Assembly: GCA_041906765.1 (NCBI GenBank)
Contig: JAYRIP010000001.1
Span: forward strand, 13,061-77,060
Direction: 5' to 3'
DNA length: 64,000 nucleotides
Source of the DNA: Candidatus Saccharimonadales bacterium
GTDB taxonomy: Bacteria > Patescibacteriota > Saccharimonadia > Saccharimonadales > JAYRRP01
The position numbers and the translations under genes were made by a program. Position 1 is the stretch's first letter, and each line of letters starts with the position of its first letter. Below are positions 58,796 through 64,000 of this stretch, piece by piece. The notes under the pieces were generated by a model that saw nothing but the letters and a program-made list of their open reading frames with translations, was not told the origin of the DNA and did not search any database.

Positions 58796-59798
58796 CCAAA
58801 TGGGTATTCATTTCAAGGGCCAGAAGCGTTTCTTTTACGCTTTCTGCCACAGCTTGAGCAACAGGCACAGATACGGCGTTGCCTAATTGCTTATAGGCTT
58901 GTGTAACAGGGATATCAAATGAGTAGTCATCGGGGAATCCTTGAAGTCGTGCGCTTTCTCTGGTTGTAATCTTCCTAACCCCTCGAGAATTTAATGGTGA
59001 GCCGGTTCGGTTTACGGCATCCCTTGGCTTAGGAACATCTTGGATTAGATTTCGCTCCCTTCCCATATTGCCAACTACAAGCGCGGTAGATATGCCCTCT
59101 GGATCTAGAATGCGATATCCGAAGCCATGGCCTTTGGCAGCATGCCTTTGCTTGTGTTTTTCGAGTCCGTCCATGTATGTTTGCGAAAGATAGTAGTAAT
59201 CGTGCACCTCTTCCTTTTCAAGAATGTCCTTAACGCGAAGTTTAAGTTCAACAGGCTCTGGAAACTTAAATTCTGCAGAATGGTCCTTGAAGCCCACTAT
59301 GTAAATTCGCTTCCTATCTTGAGGAAGCCCATAATCCTTTGTGTTTAGAACTTGGGTATATACCTTATACTCTAGCTCGTTTTCAAGCTTATCCATGATG
59401 ATCTTAAACGTATTGCCCCCATCATGTTTAACGAGGTTTTTTACATTCTCAAGTACAAATGCTTTTGGACGCTTAGCCTTTAGTATTTCGAGCACATTAA
59501 AAAAGAGCGTTCCCCTTGCGTCATAGAAACCGTGTAGCTTACCGATTTTAGAAAATGGCTGGCAGGGGAAGCCCCCCGTAATTATGTCGGCGTAGGGTAT
59601 GTCGTTTGGCTCGACTTTAGTAATGTCTTGTAAATCTAATGCGCCTTCGCCAAAATAGCCGTCGAAGGAGACCTTGCACCACTTATCAAAATCATTTGAA
59701 TATATAGTTCTAAAACCAGCCCTCTCAAATCCGAGCCTAAAACCGCCGATTCCAGCAAACAGATCTACTAAGGTATATTTGTTATCGGATGTTGTCAT
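58752..59798 (-). CDS. dcm: DNA (cytosine-5)-methyltransferase
   Basis: Motif I DLFAGIGGF, motif IV GGFPCQPFS, motif VI ENVKNL, and motif X QLGNAVSVPV. Confidence 0.9.
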   Translation of the reverse strand: MTTSDNKYTLVDLFAGIGGFRLGFERAGFRTIYSNDFDKWCKVSFDGYFGEGALDLQDITKVEPNDIPYADIITGGFPCQPFSKIGKLHGFYDARGTLFFNVLEILKAKRPKAFVLENVKNLVKHDGGNTFKIIMDKLENELEYKVYTQVLNTKDYGLPQDRKRIYIVGFKDHSAEFKFPEPVELKLRVKDILEKEEVHDYYYLSQTYMDGLEKHKQRHAAKGHGFGYRILDPEGISTALVVGNMGRERNLIQDVPKPRDAVNRTGSPLNSRGVRKITTRESARLQGFPDDYSFDIPVTQAYKQLGNAVSVPVAQAVAESVKETLLALEMNTHLVKISKESNPVMVAA

Positions 59799-59842
59799 AA
59801 TGTTTAATTATAGCCGGAAACGTAATAATTGGCATCAAGGTT

Positions 59843-60259
59843 ATGGATAAATTTGATTCGAAAAAAAGAAGCGAGATAATGTCGCGCATAAAATCCAAGG
59901 ACTCTGTAGCGGAGAAAATCGTTTTCAGAGAACTTAGGCGTAAAAATATTTATTTTCAAAAGCATTATAAAAATGCTCCCGGAAAGCCAGACATTGCACT
60001 GCCCAGAAAAAGGCGTGCAGTATTTATAGATGGCGACTTTTGGCATGGTAGAGATTTTATTCAACTTTCAGAACAGCGTAAATTAAGTGTCTTCTGGATT
60101 AAAAAGTTAACTGGCAATATAGACAGAGACAAACGTCAGCTTGAAGAGCTGGCTCAACTCAACTGGAGGGTGCTTAGAGTTTGGGAAAGTGACATAAAGA
60201 GAATACGGACTAGATCAGCAGAAATTGAAAAGATTGTCTCGTTTCTAGTCGCAGACTAA
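59843..60259 (+). CDS. vsr: Very-short-patch repair endonuclease Vsr
   Basis: KKRSEIMSRIKSKDSVAEK...GKPDIALPRKRRAVFIDGDFWHG is typical of Vsr. It is divergent from dcm. Confidence 0.9.
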   Translation: MDKFDSKKRSEIMSRIKSKDSVAEKIVFRELRRKNIYFQKHYKNAPGKPDIALPRKRRAVFIDGDFWHGRDFIQLSEQRKLSVFWIKKLTGNIDRDKRQLEELAQLNWRVLRVWESDIKRIRTRSAEIEKIVSFLVAD

Positions 60260-60411
60260 ACGGTCCGTAGCTCATCAGCAAAGTTACACTTTCACGAATA
60301 GTGCTGCACCAGGGATTTTGCGAATCATTACATATGTAAAACACCGAAAAAACCGGTATTTTGCTTTAACTCAAAAGAGACTTAAACTAACTCTTTTGTT
60401 ATCCTAGGCTT

Positions 60412-60855
60412 ATGAAAGATGAAGATGTCGCAAAAGTTGGCGTGGGAGTATTCGTAGTAAAAAACAATAAAGTATTACTCGGAAAGAGAAAGAATGCTCA
60501 CGGTGAGAATGAATATGGTGGACCTGGTGGACATTTGGAGTACGGCGAAACCGCAGAGGAAACTGCTCTAAGAGAAATTGCCGAAGAGTGCGGGATAAAA
60601 GTAAGGCATTTGAAGATGCTTTGCGTGTCCGATTTGCTGACATATTTCCCGAAGCATTATGTTGATATTGGATTTACAGCTGAATGGGAAGATGGCGAAC
60701 CAAAAGTTCTTGAGCCACATAAATTAGAGTCGTGGGATTGGTACGATCTAGATAAATTACCGGATAACCTATTCGGGTGCGTCAGTGCTTACGCAGAGTC
60801 ATACAAGACCGGCAAAAAGTATTTTACATTTCCAAGTAAATTAGCTATGAAGTAA
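60412..60855 (+). CDS. Nudix hydrolase (intact Nudix box)
   Basis: GGHLEYGETAEETALREIAEECGI fits Gx5Ex7REx2EExG. Confidence 0.8.
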   Translation: MKDEDVAKVGVGVFVVKNNKVLLGKRKNAHGENEYGGPGGHLEYGETAEETALREIAEECGIKVRHLKMLCVSDLLTYFPKHYVDIGFTAEWEDGEPKVLEPHKLESWDWYDLDKLPDNLFGCVSAYAESYKTGKKYFTFPSKLAMK

Positions 60856-61027
60856 ATCTGGCGATAGATCAAATTATTTTATGATATTTCCCAATTTATA
60901 GTTATCAATCTTACTAGATGAAGTTAGGAATACGTTGGCTATCTGGTACCAATACGACCCACCCGATTTTGAAACAGCATGGTTTTAATTAGAGCTTCGA
61001 TGAGGCCCTTTTTGCTACCATTAGATA

Positions 61028-61663
61028 ATGAGCGAACTGACACCTGAAGAGAAATTGACCATTGCAACATATGATCGTCAGGCTGAAAACTGGTCGTCAA
61101 GTCACGCTACTACCAATTTTTGGGGCGAAGAAATGAAACGCTTTGAAGAACTACTTCCAAGCGGTCGGATACTAGAAATTGGTGCTGGTGGCGGTCGTGA
61201 TGCAAAGGAGCTTATTGAGGCTGGTTACGACTATCTCGGAACAGATATTTCGGTGGGATTGTTAGAGCAGGCACGTAAGAATAATCCTGGCGTTAGCTTT
61301 GAAAAGGTGAGCGTGTATGACCTGGACTACGAAGAGTTATTTGATGGCTTTTGGTGCTCGGCCGTACTACTGCATATACCAAGAGACAGGATTGATGATG
61401 CTCTGCAAGCTGTCAATAAAAACATGAAGCGAGGTGCTATTGGTTTCATCGCTATTAAACAGGGCGAAGGCGAAAAGTTGGAAGCAGATGATAAAAGCCC
61501 TCAGGGTGACGAACGATTTTTTGTGTATTGGACTAATGATAGCTTTTCAAAGAGACTTAGGGATAATGATTTTGAAATTGTAGAGCATGGCTATCGCCCG
61601 ATGAGCGAGCGAACTAAATGGTTAACCTACATTGTAAAAGTAGGTGATGCAAAACTAAGTTAG
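61028..61663 (+). CDS. Class I SAM-dependent methyltransferase
   Basis: Motif I ILEIGAGGGRD, followed by an acidic loop GTDIS. Confidence 0.8.
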   Translation: MSELTPEEKLTIATYDRQAENWSSSHATTNFWGEEMKRFEELLPSGRILEIGAGGGRDAKELIEAGYDYLGTDISVGLLEQARKNNPGVSFEKVSVYDLDYEELFDGFWCSAVLLHIPRDRIDDALQAVNKNMKRGAIGFIAIKQGEGEKLEADDKSPQGDERFFVYWTNDSFSKRLRDNDFEIVEHGYRPMSERTKWLTYIVKVGDAKLS

Positions 61664-61726
61664 CTCGCTAGACAAATTGAATAACTTCACGAGATTCTGT
61701 AACCTGGCATCGCTACAGTGTTAATT

Positions 61727-61764
61727 AAAAACAGCACCGTTTTTGAAGTGACGGTGCTGTTTGT
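61727..61764. terminator. Bidirectional hairpin terminator between convergent genes
   Basis: A perfect 10-bp stem acagcaccgt / acggtgctgt, flanked by AAAA and TT(G)T. Confidence 0.7.
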
Positions 61765-61777
61765 GAACTGGAAAGTG

Positions 61778-61966
61778 TTACTTCCAGCCGAAAGCCTGGC
61801 TCAGGATCCAGAGCGTTACTGCAATGGAAATGAAGAACAGGCCCAAACCAACTGGACTACCCCAGCTGAACCACGAACCCCACGAGCGCCAGTGCTTCAA
61901 ATGGTCCTGGTAGCTCCAGTCGTAGTCCTTTTTAAGGTCCTCGGGACTTTTGCTTTGGTGTGGCAT
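61778..61966 (-). CDS. Small Trp-rich membrane protein (62 aa)
   Basis: The start is set at ATG 61966, with AAGAGGA 5 nt upstream. The sequence is MPHQSKSPEDLKKDYDWSYQDHLKHWRSWGSWFSWGSPVGLGLFFISIAVTLWIL. Confidence 0.5.
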   Translation of the reverse strand: MPHQSKSPEDLKKDYDWSYQDHLKHWRSWGSWFSWGSPVGLGLFFISIAVTLWILSQAFGWK

Positions 61967-62162
61967 ATACGTCCTCTTGTTAATTGATGAAAGGCACGAG
62001 CGCCGATAGGGTTCGACGATGCCCATAGAGTCGGCGCAGGCCTACTCATTCATCTTTCAGTGGTACTGGTGTCCGCCCATGTTGTTCGCCGAATGAGCAG
62101 CGCATGGTTGTAGGGGACGACCACATCGCAAGTATTTAATCATGAAATAACAGATACGACAA

Positions 62163-64000
62163 TTAGTGAGAATCTGCTTTTTGACGTTTAATAATGGTTG
62201 CGACGACAATAACGACAAGCAAGGCTGTCGGAATCAGTAGCCACACTTTCCATGGCTTTTGTGAATGATTTGTGGTGTCGGTAGTAGGAGTTTTGTTGTT
62301 GTCTTGGGTGATGGCGGCAGATAAGTTTTTAAATACTAACTCTGCTTTTCCTTGGACAATTTGATTGAGTGCAATGCTTAGATCGTCCTGTCCGTCTTTA
62401 TCTATGTCAAAGCGCTGTGTTTGGCCAACTGTAAGGGTAGCCACAATAGGGTCGGAATGGATCTCTATAGTAATAGTGTGGTCGTTGACAGTTTTTATAG
62501 TGATAGTGTGCTGATCGTTCTTTATTTTTACGAGAACTTGTTCATTTGGCGCGAGAGTGTGGGTAAAGCCTGTCGTGCTGAAATAGTCTTGGATTTCATT
62601 CAAGATAATCTCGTTGGGTGGGGTGATAGCAGGTGGCTCTTGGACGGATTCGCTAGAAGATCCGCTTGAAGCCGGTTTATTATTTCCGCTCGTGCTAGAC
62701 GGTTGACTGCTGGAGTCCTGATTGCTGTTGTCTGTTGAAGTATCGACGTATTCAATGGTGGCGCTGTAGCTGCCCGACTCATTACTGCTACTGTCTTTAA
62801 ACTTGACATAGACAGTCTTGCCGCCAAAGCTCCCTGCGAGTGTCCATGATTTAGAAGTGGCGTAGGCTTCATAGCTAGCGCCAGCAAAGTCAGAAGCATT
62901 CGATACCATCATTTGTAGACTGCCGGCTGAGTCAACATCATCTGTGGCGCTCAGCGTGAGCGTAACGCTTGAGCTCGTTGTGGTAGCGGCACCACCGTTA
63001 ATGCTCACACTACCCGTGGGTGCTGTGGTATCAGTAGTGTAGAGGATCGTATCGTTGTAAGCGCCCGAAGTATTTGAAGCGCTGTCTTTAAACTTGATAT
63101 AGACCGTTTTAGTTCCGGTGCCAGCTGATAATGTCCACGCTTTGCTTGTGGCATATGCCTCCCAACTGGCACCTGAGAAACCACTATCATTACTTACCAT
63201 CATTTGCAAGGAGCCGGCAGAATCAAAATCGTCGTTGGCAGAGAGGTTGAGGGTGACGCTACGTGATGTTGTGCTCGCTGCCCCTGCATTGATACTAATA
63301 CTACCTGTTGGAGAAGTATTATCAGCTACCGTAATACTGTCGCTATAACCTGAACTCGTATTTCCGACCGAATCTTTGAAACGGACATAGGCCGTTCGGC
63401 TGCCGGTGCCACTCGTCAGTGTCCAGGCTTTAGAGATGGCATATGCCTCCCACGATGCGCCGGCAAAACCAGAGTCATTTGAAACCTGCATCTGCAGGCT
63501 ACCACTGGTGTCAATGTCATCCGTGGCGCTTAAAGTCAGGGTGACACTCGAGGTGTTGGTGGTTGAGGCGCCGCTATTGACGCTAATAGAACCAGTCGGC
63601 GCAGTCGTATCATTGAGGGTGATAGTGTCAGAATAACCGGTCGAGACATTGCCGGCCGAATCCTTAAAACGGACATAAACTGTTTTCGTGCCTGTCCCAC
63701 TGCTCAGTGTCCAAGCTTTGGAAGTATTGTATGCTTCCCAACTAGCCCCCGAAAAGTCAGAGGCATTACTGACTTGCATCTGCAACGTTGAAGTATCATC
63801 AATATCATCCGTCGCAGCAATAGTCAAAGTGGTACTCGGCGAAGTCGTGCTGGCTGCTCCACCATTAATACTGACACTACCCGTCGGCGCAGTGGTATCG
63901 GAGAGGAGTGAAGTCGATTGATCGATTGCCATCTCAACCGGCAAGTTGTAGCTACTGCTATCTTTAATGACTGACGTGGGTGAACTACAATCACGGGCAT
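62163..64000 (-). CDS. Large cell-surface protein with four tandem approx 96-aa repeats and a C-terminal TM anchor (5' end beyond the window)
   Basis: The reading frame stays open to position 64000. The repeat reads DTTAPTGS(V/I)S(I/V)N.GA..T....VTL.LSA.DD.D....LQM.VSN.S.F.GASWEAY..SKAW.L..G.G.KT.Y.(R/K)FKDS..N. The C-terminal helix is WKVWLLIPTALLVVIVVATII. Confidence 0.75.
   Translation of the reverse strand, partial: ARDCSSPTSVIKDSSSYNLPVEMAIDQSTSLLSDTTAPTGSVSINGGAASTTSPSTTLTIAATDDIDDTSTLQMQVSNASDFSGASWEAYNTSKAWTLSSGTGTKTVYVRFKDSAGNVSTGYSDTITLNDTTAPTGSISVNSGASTTNTSSVTLTLSATDDIDTSGSLQMQVSNDSGFAGASWEAYAISKAWTLTSGTGSRTAYVRFKDSVGNTSSGYSDSITVADNTSPTGSISINAGAASTTSRSVTLNLSANDDFDSAGSLQMMVSNDSGFSGASWEAYATSKAWTLSAGTGTKTVYIKFKDSASNTSGAYNDTILYTTDTTAPTGSVSINGGAATTTSSSVTLTLSATDDVDSAGSLQMMVSNASDFAGASYEAYATSKSWTLAGSFGGKTVYVKFKDSSSNESGSYSATIEYVDTSTDNSNQDSSSQPSSTSGNNKPASSGSSSESVQEPPAITPPNEIILNEIQDYFSTTGFTHTLAPNEQVLVKIKNDQHTITIKTVNDHTITIEIHSDPIVATLTVGQTQRFDIDKDGQDDLSIALNQIVQGKAELVFKNLSAAITQDNNKTPTTDTTNHSQKPWKVWLLIPTALLVVIVVATIIKRQKADSH
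62745..63899 (-). repeat. Four tandem approx 288-291-bp coding repeats inside the surface-protein gene
   Basis: The protein repeats cover aa 16-400 of the ORF that starts at 63944 (units of 96, 96, 97 and 96 aa). Confidence 0.85.

Larger units (their letters stand above)
55342..61764. mobile_element. Putative genomic island downstream of tRNA-Gly (MGE debris plus defence-type cargo)
   Basis: It sits next to a tRNA with a duplicated 3' end and contains recombinase and transposase fragments. The cargo is a GHKL ATPase operon, dcm, vsr, a Nudix gene and a methyltransferase. The right boundary is not defined by a repeat; I set it at the hairpin terminator at 61727-61764. Confidence 0.4.

Noticed and set aside
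63118-63921. Three similar plus-strand ORFs (63118-63348, 63406-63636, 63688-63921)
   Set aside because: They are antisense shadows of the tandem repeats in the minus-strand surface protein. Their mutual similarity only reflects the repeat.

Overview
The window reads as a compact, small-genome bacterium. Several housekeeping proteins are shortened: AlaRS is 625 aa, UvrC 501 aa and MetRS 490 aa. Some gene families are typical of Actinobacteria (WhiB-like, Pup-ligase family). I infer a CPR/Saccharibacteria-like lineage, but I could not run a search to confirm this.

Positions 1-51.9 kb are mostly housekeeping genes:
- tmRNA, a DEAD-box helicase, typA, trehalase and metG
- an NrtR-like regulator, tatD and a cysteine desulfurase
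- an F1/stalk ATP synthase cluster running atpF-like through atpC, with no a or c subunit genes next to it
- mnmA, alaS, an ftsA-like gene, ruvX, mltG, a LysM/CHAP hydrolase, obg, sbcB, uvrA, L25, an ABC exporter, uvrC, pepP and secG
- a family-5 substrate-binding protein, a split purD-like gene, an FAD oxidase and a PKD/glycosidase protein

Positions 51.9-61.8 kb are accessory. They hold a tRNA cluster (Leu, Val, Phe, Gly) interleaved with cargo genes, then decayed mobile-element debris. After that comes a candidate defence island: a small protein, a 670-aa GHKL ATPase and a 215-aa protein in one operon, next to dcm and vsr.

The most unusual signal is non-coding. Five of the six tRNA/tmRNA genes are each followed by a 149-164 nt hairpin-rich spacer. 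Each spacer is closed by an exact 19-24 nt second copy of that gene's own T-loop-to-CCA end. The tmRNA and tRNA-Gly spacers align to each other, with compensatory base-pair changes in three hairpins.

No CRISPR array or rRNA gene was seen. All calls rest on reading motifs in the supplied ORF translations and the raw sequence. No database search was possible.
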